NCBI RefSeq assembly: GCF_006345805.1
Contig: NC_043006.1
Coordinates: forward strand, 38,998,001-39,062,000
Reading direction: 5' to 3'
DNA length: 64,000 bases
From: Octopus sinensis
Taxonomy: Eukaryota
Part shown: piece by piece, positions 25,545 to 37,673 of the stretch
Layout: every line of letters starts with the position of its first letter
Position numbering within the stretch: position 1 is the stretch's first letter
Translations under genes and position numbers: made by a program
Notes under the pieces: model-generated
Told to the model about the DNA's origin: nothing
What the model saw: the letters and a program-made list of their open reading frames with translations, nothing else
Databases searched by the model: none

Positions 25545-26090
25545 ATCTGTGGTCAAAGGAATTCCAGCCATGACCATACAGCCTTATCCAAGAACATCGA
25601 GGACAGTATTGTCCAATGTGCCCTTCTTTTTTTCAAGATATTGGGGTCTGATTTGGGGGAGGTTACCCACTATTTTTAGCACATAAAGGATCCTTTGTTT
25701 TTGCTGCTATTGTTGCTGTTTAACCCTGAGTCAGCCATGATCAGGCAGCCTTATGATCAAAGACATTCCAAATTTTGACCATCTCCTCTCTTCTTATGAG
25801 CAAGAAACTTCGAACCATGCTAACCAATATGGCTTTTTCTCAGATAGCAGGATGTGTTTTGAGGGAGATTTGGTGGCTCGTTTTAGCAGATAAACAACCA
25901 AATAACAGCTCATTATCATTGATAGCACTTACAAGTTAGAGCTATAATCAAAATGATCCAATCATGACCATCCAGTCTGATTTTGCCTCACATCCAATGT
26001 GTCCATTTTCTAAAGTGAGGGGATGTGAGTGGAAGAAAATTTGGTTCAATTTTCTAACAGGTCAGACGACCACAGAATGACCCTTACTTT
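25545..26090 (+). repeat. Three tandem degenerate copies of dispersed repeat family F
   Basis: ccagccatgacca...gagggagatttgg...tttctagcag motif; also present near 660-840 (+), 45040-45175 (-) and 60870-61030 (+). Confidence 0.6.
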
Positions 26091-27138
26091 TGGTTTCACA
26101 ATGATGATGAAGCCTATGATGATGATGTTCATAGTGGTGGTGATAATGACAGCCATACCATGGTGTTGGTGCTGGTTGCCATGGGGATGATTACAGGTAG
26201 TAAATTAGTTGATTGTAATCATGGAAGTTGTGATGGTAGTGGTAGGAGTGATAGAAGTGAGAGAGAGAGAGAGAGAGAGCAGTGGTAGTGGTAGTGGTAG
26301 TGACAGTGGCGGCGGTGGTGGTGGTAGTGATGGTGATTGTGGTGGTGGTGGCAGTAGAGTTAGTTGCGATTCTGGTGGTGGTAGTGGTGATGGTGGCAGT
26401 GGTGGTGATGTTAGCATTGTTGTGGTTGTTGTTGTTGTTGGTGGTGGTGGTGGTGTTGGAGGTAGGAGTGGTAGGGTGTTGGTGGTAGTCGTGGCTGGTT
26501 GGCCCTGTCTCCTTATAACTGCTATTTTAATTTATTCCGCACAGAAATTAAGCAACAGCAAGAATTATCATTCATAACAGCAAAGAAGACACATTACCCA
26601 ATCACTACAAGAACACAAACAAATGATGACGGCGACAACAACAACAACAACAACAACAACCACAGCAGCAGCAGCATCTATTGTTTGTGATGATAAACAA
26701 CAAGCAAACAAGCATAGAACAGTAACAGCATCAAAAATCAATAACAACAATATAAACAATAAGATAAACAACAAACAATAACAGCGTAAAATAAAAACAA
26801 CATGAAAAATAACAACAACAATTATTGTTTCTAAGAAGACAAATTATCATCCAGACAATAACAACACAAACAATAGTAATAATAACAATAAGCATAACAA
26901 CAACAGTAACAAGAATTATAATTTTCTGACAATAATAAGAAGACACATTATTATACACTAAACTACAATAAGAGCAACAACAGGAAAAACAACAACAACA
27001 ACAAAAACAAGTACTTTCACTATCACCTTTACCGCCCCCATCAGCACAACAACAACAACAACTGCAATTATCGTTCAATGACAATGAAAAGACACATCGT
27101 TTACTACAATAACAAAATCAATAACAACAACAAAAACA

Positions 27139-27169
<31 letters not shown>

Positions 27170-27522
27170 TTACTACTACTACTGCTACTACTACTACTAC
27201 TACAACATCTACTTTTAGGTTTATCAGAAAATTATTAAGATTGTGTGTAACAAAATGGAGAGAGAGAGTCATCCAGAAAGAGAGAAATGAGATAGTGATG
27301 GACATGGGTGGGAGAGCTGTGGTGGGGGAAAAGGGTGGATGAAAGTAGAAGACGGGTGGATGAAGGTGGGAGGAAGTGTGAACTGTGGGAGAATCGGGAT
27401 GGATGAAAGGAGAAGGATAAAGTGGAGATGGAGGGGTAGGAAGGATGGAAGGTGGTTGAAAGACAGAGTGAATGGAAGGAGGAGAGAGAGTGAAAGAAAG
27501 AGAGAGAAAACGTTAAGAAGAA

Positions 27523-27555
<33 letters not shown>

Positions 27556-28159
27556 AAGAGAGAGTGAGAGGGAGGTAGACAGAAAGAGAGAGAGACAGTC
27601 AGACACACAGACAGACAGACAGCTAAACAGACAAAGAGACAATAAGTTATATGATGGAACAGTGAGAAAAGCTTTGAAAGAACTGAAAATGTCAATCAGA
27701 AAGATACTGATAGATTTTATAGTTGTTAAGGGAATCAATAAATCACCCCCCCCCCACACACACCACCACCACATACATGGTAAAACATGTTGGGAAGGTC
27801 TATGTCCACAAATACAGTAAGTATATGAAGTTCAAAATGAGAAATAAATAATTTGCCATGGGGAAGTGAAAGCAGGTGGCCTGGTGGTTAAGGTGTTGCA
27901 CTCAGGATTGTAAGATCGTGGTTTCAATTCCTGGACTTGGTGGCACATTGTGTTCTTAAGCAACACACTTCATTTCATGTTGCTCCAGTCCACAGGACTG
28001 GAGCAATGGTTCGACATCCTATCCAGGGAGTGTGTTGTGGATCTCGGTCACTTGTATGCCATGGAAACTAGGGAACCAGCCTTCGAAGTCCTACAGCTTG
28101 AGACAGAACGCTCATGAGGAACAGATTCAAGGCATTCCTCCTCCTACACCTCCAGCACA

Positions 28160-28300
28160 TTATTTCTCATGGGATCAGACATAGCTAACGAGACCGATAT
28201 GAGATCAGCAGATCCTGTGGCATTGAGAGCCCTGAGAGAGACCTTCAACAATAGCCACAGGGTGATGTTGATGATGGCTCCTCTTTTCTTAATGCAGTCT
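28160..28300 (-). pseudogene. 3' end of an RTE-clade LINE ORF
   Basis: Translates SQCHRIC*SHIGLVSYV*SHEK*, matching the RTE C-terminal CxxCxRxCxSRIGLxSHxRxH motif; both internal stops are TGA at Arg positions, as expected from CpG decay of CGA. Confidence 0.75.
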
Positions 28301-28369
28301 TTTACATTGCATTGAAACAAACATGAAACCATGTGTGCATTCATGTGCACACGTGTTTGTGAGTGTGCA

Positions 28370-28401
<32 letters not shown>

Positions 28402-28504
28402 AGTTTGTGTGTGTGTGTTCTGTTTACTGTTGATTGATGGAACAAAAATCTTATTTTGGCCAAGGCAAAAAAATTATTTAATTTTTGCCTCTGTGTATAA
28501 ACAG

Positions 28505-28513
28505 GATCTTCAG
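28505..28513 (+). other. Candidate 9-nt microexon GATCTTCAG
   Basis: ttttTGCctctgtgtataaacAG|GATCTTCAG|GTAAGT. Confidence 0.35.
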
Positions 28514-28611
28514 GTAAGTTACAGGTTGTGAGTAGTAACTTGAGTGAAGACCCTGTGCACCCATGGGCAAGATTTAAAGAAGAAAGGGACTAACTTGGAC
28601 AGAATAAAATA

Positions 28612-28844
28612 CAGGGTTTTCAAAAGGTTTCTCTGCACTGCAGTAAGTATTTTTTTGGGGCCATTCTTGTACACTGATGCTTTACTTGCTCCCCAGAAAA
28701 AAAGTCTGGTGGTGTTAAATCAGGTGAAGTTGGTGGCTTAAGTCCCTTCGACATAATCTGTTCACTGAAAAACTCTTGAAGTAGCACCGTGGTGATGTAC
28801 AGGATGAAAAATGTTCACTGCGGAGAGACTTTTTGAACACCTTA
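28612..28844 (-). mobile_element. Internally deleted IS630-Tc1-mariner element
   Basis: 29-bp TIRs (28612-28640 and 28816-28844, 22/29 identical), TA on both sides; the minus strand retains QEFFSEQIMSKGLKPPTSPDLTPPDFFL, matching the WPPRSPDLTPxDFFLWG transposase motif. Confidence 0.85.
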
Positions 28845-28856
28845 TATATATATATA

Positions 28857-29184
28857 AAAGAGATAATGGTGTCATTGAGACCCAAAGGTGTCAGGTAATG
28901 CTGAATAAGTGCTATAGACAGACCATAGTTAAGTTCCAGGTTTGGTAATATTGCGAATAAAGGGTTCAACGTTGGTTCTATGTCAGTGTGTGTATATAAG
29001 AATTTTTTGCTTAATAAAAGACCAAGGCTGTGTAGATATTAAAGCATTTATAGATAGGTCTTATAGCTGAAGGGATATTATTAATAAATATCCTAGAAAC
29101 AGCTGTAAGACCTTCTATCTATAAATGCTCTAATATCGACACAGCCTTGGTCTATTATTTTATTATGCAAAAAATTCTTATATA
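28857..29184. mobile_element. PLE-like fold-back element: ~190-nt hairpin centred on a hammerhead relic
   Basis: Arms at about 28993-29070 and 29100-29184 are near-complementary; the centre reads CUGAAG-GGAUAUU...AAUAUCC-UA-GAAACAGCUGUA-AGACC. The upstream ~130 bp is shared with 21866-22003. Confidence 0.6.
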
Positions 29185-29198
29185 TATATATACACACA

Positions 29199-29613
29199 CA
29201 TGGTCTGATCAATAAGTATCCGGACTGTTGCCATAGTAACGAAGCTAAAGCATACAAAGTGAAGCTGTTAGGCACAAATTGACCTTGAACTCTGCTGTGT
29301 ATGTACACTAAGTTTTAACTTTCTAGCTCACTTCTGCTGTTTGCAGCAATGTTTGGAAGGAAAGTGGGTAGCTTTTGACAAAATTTCATGTAGAATATCT
29401 GCTCAGCTTTCTCTCTCATGGTCAATGTGATGATCACACGCTACACACCTTCCTTCCACGCACTGCTGTAAACAGTGAAAATGAGGTAGAACATTAAAAC
29501 TCAGTGCACATGCACAGCATAATTCATGATCAATCTGTGCCAAGTAGATTCTCTCTGCGTGCTTTTGCTTTGTTACTATAGCAACACTCAGGATAGGTAT
29601 TGATCAGACCACG
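29199..29613. mobile_element. Mariner-type MITE with long imperfect inverted arms
   Basis: TIRs catggtctgatcaataagtatccggactgttgccatagtaac / gttactatagcaacactcaggataggtattgatcagaccacg; TA at 29614-29615; inner sequences are also complementary. Confidence 0.8.
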
Positions 29614-29614
29614 T

Positions 29615-29684
<70 letters not shown>

Positions 29685-29969
29685 GGAACAAGTAGAAAGA
29701 TATATTTTTTCAACACGTAAATGTTGAACAGTATATATATAAAGGGCAAAATCCTTTTTAAGAACCCTTAAAAAGGTTTTTATCCTTTATATATACAGTT
29801 CAATATTTACATATTGAAAAAAAAATATCTTTCAACTTGTTCTACAATACATCTCAATGCTTCAAATGCAAACTTATGTTTGTTTACATACGACATAATA
29901 TATATATATATATGTACATATGTATGTATACATATGTATATGTACATATATATATATATATATATATGC

Positions 29970-30001
<32 letters not shown>

Positions 30002-30169
30002 GCATGTATACACATATATATGTATGCATGTATACATATATATATATGCATGTATACATACATATATATATATATATGCGTGTATACATACATATATATA
30101 TATGTATGCATGTATACATATATATATATGCATGTATATATATATGTATATATAGAGAGAGAGATATAT

Positions 30170-30367
30170 GCAAAGGTAAGATCCAAAGAACAAGGTGTAG
30201 GAAGTTAGTGAGCCTCAAGTAATTCGTAGAAGTAGAAGATATAAAAGAAGATTCAATACGTGACCGCACGTGTATCATTGGCGATTTTTTCCCTCCGTCT
30301 TCCCTTCCTTGGATCTTTCCTTTTTCTATATTTCTGATGAAGAGCTCCGCTCGAAACATTGAATATG
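30170..30367 (+). mobile_element. PLE pLTR-like fragment with minimal hammerhead
   Basis: UAUAUUU-CUGAUGA(30334-30340)-A-GAGC-UCC-GCUC-GAAA-CAUU-GAAUAUG; imperfect inverted repeat ggtaagatccaaagaa (~30175) vs ttccttggatctttcc (~30305). Confidence 0.6.
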
Positions 30368-30810
30368 GTTGGCAAGCAAGCTACTTACCACACAGCCACT
30401 CATGCAAACAAACATTAAAAAATTAGGGAGTGGGGTCAGTTAAAATCCAGACAACATATATTTCATAGCTAGTAGAACCTTGGACGGAGTGAATCATCCA
30501 AACAATAGATATACCACAAAATACTCGTTAGGCCAAAGGTACCTTGATTATATGAAGTTTACACTGTCGTTAAAAGATCCCATGTTAACTTGCTGGGGAT
30601 TCGATTGAGTATATCATCAGCATAATCATCATCATTTAACGTCCATTGTCTCTGCTGGCATGGTTTGGACATTTTGACCAGGACTGGCAAGCTGGAAGGC
30701 TGCACCCAATTCCAGCCTGATTTGTCATGGTTTTCTATGGCTGGATGTCCTTCCTAACACCATATACATATAATGGTCATTGCATATAATTCCATTATTT
30801 GATCAAATTA

Positions 30811-30918
30811 GGCTTACAGCTGTTTCCAGTTGTCATCATAGGTACATTACTGAGAGGTTTACTCAATTGCAGGTAAATTGAATGACCTAAGAAAATTAAA
30901 GCTACTTTTGTCGGAGCC
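30811..30918 (-). ncRNA. Degenerate hammerhead relic
   Basis: Minus strand GGCU-CCGACAA...GAAAC-AGCU-GUA-AGCC; stem I (GGCU/AGCC) and the ACAGCUGU palindrome are intact, while the CUGANGA box has two changes. Confidence 0.4.
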
Positions 30919-31310
30919 ATTTATACATATTTATATATCATCGTCATCATTGTTTAACGTCCGTTTTCCATGCTAGCATGGGTTGGATGGTTCGACCGGG
31001 ATCTGAGAAGCCAGGAGGATGCACCAGGCACCAGTCTGATTTGGCAGTGTTTCTACAGCTGGATGCCCTTCCTAATGCCAACCACACTGTGAGTGTAGTG
31101 GGTGCTTTTTACATGCCACTGGCACATGGTCAGAGGAGGCTGGCAAATGGCCACGATTGGTTGGTGCTTTTTATGTGTCACCGACACAGATGCCAGTCAA
31201 CACACACACACACACACAGAAATACATAAACAGTACTCCCTCGCCATATCATGGTTCACCTATCACACACTCAGTACATCGCAGGTTTTTCTGGTTAATA
31301 TGTATTTCAC

Positions 31311-31520
31311 TACTGCCCACAAGGGGCTAAACACAGAGGGGACAAATGGATTATGTCGATTACATCAACCCCAGTGCATAACTGGTACTTAGTTTATCGA
31401 CCCTGAAAGGATGAAAGGCAAAGTCGACCTCGGTGGAATTTGAACTCAGAACGTAACAGCAGACGAAATACGGCTACGCATTTCGCCCGGTGTGCTAACG
31501 AGTCTGCCAGCTCGCCGCCT
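31311..31520 (-). mobile_element. SINE family B, alternative-tail subfamily
   Basis: B head and core with the cccacaaggggctaaac tail; CpG-rich, so probably young. Confidence 0.85.
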
Positions 31521-33187
31521 TTTTCTGGTTAATATGTGTGATTTATATGGCAGACTCCTCCCCATATCGCGGGTTTCTGTGGCTGATAGGTATTCATATT
31601 TTTTTAGATTATAAATATTTCTGTGGGAGGTTTTGGAACGTAACACCTGTGTTAGTGAAGGGATTGCTGTATACATATTGGCCCTCAGCTGTTTATGATA
31701 ATGAGAATTACAGTTGATCTGATCAACAGGACAGTCTGCTTGTGAAATTAATGTACAAGTGGCTGAGCACTCCACAGACACGTGTACCCCTAATGTCGTT
31801 CTCAGGGAGATGCAGTGTGATGCAGAGTGTGACAAGGCTGGCCCTATGAATTACAGGTACAGCTCCTTTTTGGCAGCTGAGTGGACTGGAGCAACATGAA
31901 ATAAAGTGTCTTGCTCAAGGACGCAACATGACGACAGGAATGGAAATCATGACCTTACGATCATGTGCCAAATACCTTGAGCCATACACCTTCATTATCA
32001 TCATCATTGTTTAACATCCGCCCTCCATGCTAACATGGATGGGACATTATATATATATATATATATATGTATTCATGTATTTTCTCACACACACATACAT
32101 GTGATTCTGAGAGTCTGTGAATCAGAGTGTTTGTGTGTTTCTGCCTTTATATTTTTATTTGCATCAATTATGACAAAACTTAATTTATAGATTTATTCAG
32201 GCCCAAGGAATACTTTCTAACAAATTGCAATATTTCCAAAAAAATATACACAGACAAAAAAAAACAAAAAAAAACATAAGCTATTTGCAGTAATTCATAT
32301 GAATACAAATGCATAAGACACACACACTGACACACACAATTATACAGACGAAAATGTTCAGATAAACACTAACACATCATAAATATCCTCATGCGTATGC
32401 ATGAAACAAATAAATGCGTTTCTACTGGCAAACACAAATGCAGACATGACCGAGATCACACACACACACAGAATTGCATAGATATTTGCACACATACAAG
32501 CGCATACATCCTAGAATAGAGACGTGTGTGTTTGATAAATGTAACCAGTCAGATGAGGCATTCACAAAGCATATGTGCTCACATCAATTCAAAAAAACAG
32601 ACAGGGGATTTCAGAAATTATGACGGATAATAAGACAATAAAGAACAGAACTGAGAAGAGATAAAAATGAAAATAAAAAACGAGTTGATTTATCTGATTG
32701 AAATTCAGAATATCTGATGTATAGACAAGTTTGGTTAATGTGGGAATAACAACATTGGAAATTCTGTATTATAAGAACAACCAACATGAAGATTTCTAAA
32801 TTAGAGCTGCAGGTATTATATATATATATGTATATATATATGTATGTATGTATGTATGTGTGTTTATATAGGTTTGGTGATGCAAACAGGAAAAATAGAA
32901 CACAAAACATGAGTATATATATATCATTTTTATTAATATTTAGCAGAAAAGCAACTCAAGGGCTATGAGTTTCATGTGTTAGCACTTCTCAAACACATAC
33001 TTCTGTGTGTGTGTGTGTGTGTGTGTGTGTTAGTGTGTCTGTTAGTGTGTGTGCATGTGTAGATAGATAGATATCCACAATCATCATCATTTAACATTTG
33101 CCCAAGGTGCAATGCAGTGGGAGTGAACCTGAAATTATAGACTGCAAAGCAAACTTCTTAACCACTGACCCATATCTCCAGTATAGA

Positions 33188-33353
33188 TCTGTAAATGTAA
33201 TATGTGACAATTATTCGGTAGCCATGATAAAACTTCGGGTTTCAGATGTTGGGGTAGAAATCCACGGCACATATCTCTTCAATTATCCGGCCATCGGATA
33301 ACTTGGAGTTTTATAATGGTTACTGAATAATTGTCACATATTACATTTACAGA
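33188..33353. mobile_element. MITE with ~50-bp TIRs
   Basis: tctgtaaatgtaatatgtgacaattattcggtagccatgataaaacttc vs its complement ending at 33353 (4 mismatches); right flank is TA. Confidence 0.75.
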
Positions 33354-34439
33354 TAAATTCCTCTATTTACATAATATCGAGGTCTCTTTCATTCTTTTGT
33401 TGTCTTACCATTTCTATCAATATGTGTGTGTGCGTGTGTGTATGGAAAGACATCACCCAGTGTACTTTGTACCATGGTTGACATTAGGAAGGGTCGCTGG
33501 CTGTAGAAACCATACCAAACCAGACAACGGTGCATAGCACAGTCTTATGACCCATTGGATCATTTCAAATCATAACAAACTGTGTGGTTCCAGGTTCAGC
33601 ACCACTGCACGGTACCTTGGGCCCTTGCAGGTCACCATGTAGCTTACTAGACTAAAGTTCCCTTCAACTGTGTCAGATTATAATAGAGAAGGAGGCAACT
33701 TTATACAAAGGGATGAGAGGTTAAAGTATAAAAGAAAGGGGCCAGGGCAGGTTTCTCATTCAATATAAGATACAAGGCTTCTTAGATTACATAAGATTAT
33801 GTGGGATTAATCAGAGTGGAGCTGGAAAGAGGAATAAAGATGGTAGTGGTAATGTGTCAGGGGAATATGGGCGATGGTAAGATAGGACTGAATAGAGATG
33901 GATCCAATTTTTACTCAGAAGGCATAATGGAAGAGAGATAGAGGGCCAGGAACAAATGGGTGAATAGGGCCCAAATCAAGACACTCAACGGCCCTAAGTC
34001 CATCCAAACCACTGGTTTTCAACCATTTTTTCCCCTAAGGACCCCTTTGGTTCTGCTTCCAAACCACATTGTTCTGGGCTCAGTCTAACTGTATGGCACT
34101 CTTCTACCATAGTCTCAGGCTGACCCTGTGAGTAGATTTGGAAGATAGAAACTGAAAGAAGTTAGGTGCACGTGTGGCTGTGTGGTAAGAAGTTTGCTTA
34201 CCAACCATGTGGTTCTGGGTTCAGTCCTACTACATGGTGGCACTTTGGGCCTCAAGCTGACCAAAGCCTTGAGCATAGGTTAGGTAGACAGAAACTGAAA
34301 GAAGCCAGGCGTATATTTGTATATACTAGCTGTTGGACCTGCCATTGCTTGTTTTGTTCATGTTGAAGTTAAGCCCACCTCTGACCTTGTATTGAGTAAG
34401 CATTTCCTTAGAGACTATTCTATCAATTTTGTTGAAATT

Positions 34440-34690
34440 GTACATGTGAAGAAAATGCAAAAGCTGCAGGAAAAATAATGTCGTTATGGGAATTTCCATT
34501 CAAATGACTGATTGAGCTCACAAAAATCGATGCCAACTGAGCATTATTAAGTTTTCGAAACATTTGAAACTTCAGAGCATGTGATCTACCTATGTGCCAA
34601 AAATCATTAAAATTGGTTGAACAGTGTGGGAGGAGTTAGAGTAACCCCTAACACACAGTTAGACACCATTACACATTTATGAATATGTGT
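34440..34690 (+). mobile_element. Possible Helentron/DINE-1-like fragment
   Basis: gtgccaaaaatcattaaaattggttgaacagtgtgggaggagttagag...acacatttatgaatat; same general motif as the 16270 fragment. Confidence 0.35.
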
Positions 34691-34720
34691 GTGTGTATGT
34701 ATATATATATATATATATAT

Positions 34721-34942
34721 TTCTTTACTACCCACAAGGGGCTAAATGTAGAGGGAACAAACAAAGACAGACAGGGATTAAGTCAATTATATCGACCCCA
34801 GTACGCAACTGGTACTTTATTTATTGACCACGAAAGGGATGAAAGGCAAAGTTGACCTCGGCATAACTTGAACTCAGAATGTAACGACAGACGAAATACC
34901 GCTAAGCGTTTCACCCGGCGTGCTAACGTTTCTGCCACCTCG
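34721..34942 (-). mobile_element. SINE family B, alternative-tail subfamily
   Basis: Same design as 31311-31520. Confidence 0.85.
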
Positions 34943-35384
34943 CATATATATATATATGTGCATGTGTGTGTTTCTCTCTCTCTCTCATGGTGCCTTTGTG
35001 TCAGCATTTATCCCCCACCACCACTTGACAACTGGTGTTGGTTTGTTTACATCCCTGTAACTAACTGGTTTGGCTAAACAGACTGACAGAATAAGTACTA
35101 GGTTTAAAAAAAAAAATTTCTTGGGTCTATTTGTTTGACTAAAACCCTTAAAGGTGGTACCCCAGCATGGCTACAGTCAAATGACTGAAGTAAGCAAAAG
35201 AAAGATAAAAGATATTTTCACAATTAATTATCATTAAGAATTGTATTAAAAAATCGTTAAACTATTTTGTGTACTGTAAAAATATAAGCAATTTATTACT
35301 CATAAAATTTAACAGCAAAATCTTAAATGAACCCTTCAGGAACACACGGACCCTGGTGGAAGGCTGCATGCGAAATTTTTTTCG

Positions 35385-35907
35385 CACGAGAGTTCTGGAC
35401 CCCAGTAATGAACTCATTTGCATACAGGCAATCAGAGCTCAACTATCAAACTAATTTATGCAATGGGCATAACAAGTGATGGGCGATAAGATAAGGTCAC
35501 TTGGGTAAGGAATGACCATGCTTATTTTCTCTTTTAAGAATACTTGTTGTTCTTGATCTTGTTTCACTCCTGGCTGCCTCTGCGTAGTTATTTGTGTTGT
35601 TGTTTACTTTGTAGAACAGTAAGGAGAGAGGGTCACAAGCACATCACCCTCTACCCATATTTTTCCCATCCACATCTTTACCACATGGGGCCCTAACATA
35701 ATCCGATAATAGGTATAGAAGCAAATCTATCTAATTACTTGTCTCCTTCTAAAATCAGACATAGCTTGGTGATCGATCGACTTACAACACCGTTCTTCAT
35801 TTTGAATTTACTCGGTAGAGTGTGTTTTTAACTTGACAACAAAGTCAAGGTGAGCTCTGATTGGCTGTATACAAATGAGTTCATTACTGGGGTCCAGAAC
35901 TCTCGTG
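35385..35907. mobile_element. TIR element (MITE-like), superfamily unassigned
   Basis: 57-bp inverted repeats at 35385-35441 and 35851-35907 with 2 mismatches, extended by outer T-run/A-run; no ORF. Confidence 0.8.
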
Positions 35908-37079
35908 GGAAAAAAAAACTTTTGCCGGCCAGTTATCTATAACATCATTTTTTTATATTATTGCTTTTATATTGTTTATATCTATTCTTGCATGATGTAG
36001 GCAGGTTTCGTCTGACACAGCCGTTTGCCACCTGTCATATTTCTTTGTAATCTGCATCCTCGGAGGGTGGGGGTGGGGGTGGAGGAGGGGGGTCAGTCTT
36101 CCCCCACTTCTCCCCTTGTCAACCGCAGTCTTTCCTTTCCATAGATTCTGCCTATTTGAAGAACTTGGTGCTCCTCTACACAAATGAAATTCTCCATAGA
36201 CATGAATATCTCCTACTTGTAAGAACGTGTGTATTGCTGTGGAGTATCACTTCTTGAACATCCAATAAAGATTAAGAGCCAGATCTAAGTGAAGAGTGAG
36301 CTGTAGATGAGGATACGAAATTAATTATTTACATCTATTTATATATATATATATATATATACACACATAAAAACATACATACATGCATATAAATAGGAAT
36401 ATTCTATAGTCTATAGAATATATATTATTTTATATACATAAAATATTTATGTGAATATATTCATGTATGTGTGTGTATATATATAATATATATATTACAT
36501 ATATATACATATATACATATATTATATATATATAATATATAATATATATATACATATATATATATACACACACACACGGATATATATTTCATGTATGTTA
36601 CTTAATATACATGATGTGTGTATATATATATATATATGCACACACAGATATATATTTCAAGTATGTTATTTAATATACATGCTGTATATATATATATATA
36701 TATGCATATATCACCGTGACCGACCAGGCTATCAGATGTTGTTTCACATCGCTGGTCACAATGCGCTTCGTATTGTTTTAGCCTTCAAATGACGCCACCC
36801 CGCTGGCTTAAGCGAGCAGGCCAATATATATATATACACACACACACAGATATTTATTTCATGTATGTTATTTAATATACATGCTGTGTATATATATATA
36901 TATGTATGCATGTATATATGTATACACACACATACACACATACATACACACATGGTTAAAATCCAAGTCATGTCCTCTTGAAGCGCAATCCCAAATTTCC
37001 CAATCTCCTGTTTTCATACACACACACGTTATATACACCTGTTATACATATCTATGATATAACTGTGTGCATGTGCATG

Positions 37080-37111
<32 letters not shown>

Positions 37112-37639
37112 ACATACACACGTATATACATGCATGCATGTATGTATATATGTCTGTACACACACAGTGTGTGTTTGTGCGTGTGCGTACCATAGGGCTC
37201 ATTTTGGGTGGAATATTACTTCAAAGGTATTTAGCATTTCAAGGAGAGATCAACAATTTATGAAAATGTTTATGATTAAGATGGGGGAAAGTAAAAACAT
37301 CTTCTTCATAACAAAGAATATTTTCATTCTTTCATTCTTGTTTCTTATTATCTTCTCTCGTTTTCTTATTCTTTTATTCTTCATCTTCTTCCTCATTTCT
37401 GTACATTTTAGCTAATATTGATTTCGTTTCGTTTTATTTCAGGTATTCATTATGGGGATTGCTTTTATCTTTCCTCTCAACAAATAAAATATTAATAAAG
37501 GAATATACACATGTGTGTGTAAGTATATATGTGTGTGTATATATGTGTATATGTGTGTGTGTGTATAAGATGTTGTTAGTATGCATTTATCTATATGCTT
37601 ACAAATGTATATCATATATATGTGTATGTGTTTTTATAT

Positions 37640-37673
<34 letters not shown>

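Noticed and set aside
28860-28970. Minus-strand peptide YLTPLGLND resembling the PLE GIY-YIG terminal PxGLN motif
   Set aside because: Its position relative to the hammerhead suggests pLTR/UTR sequence, and the match is too short to call.
35990-36070. Minus-strand CCGAGGA...CGAAACCUGCC motif
   Set aside because: U4 and U16.1 are altered and there is no stem I pairing; it may be a very old PLE relic but cannot be supported.
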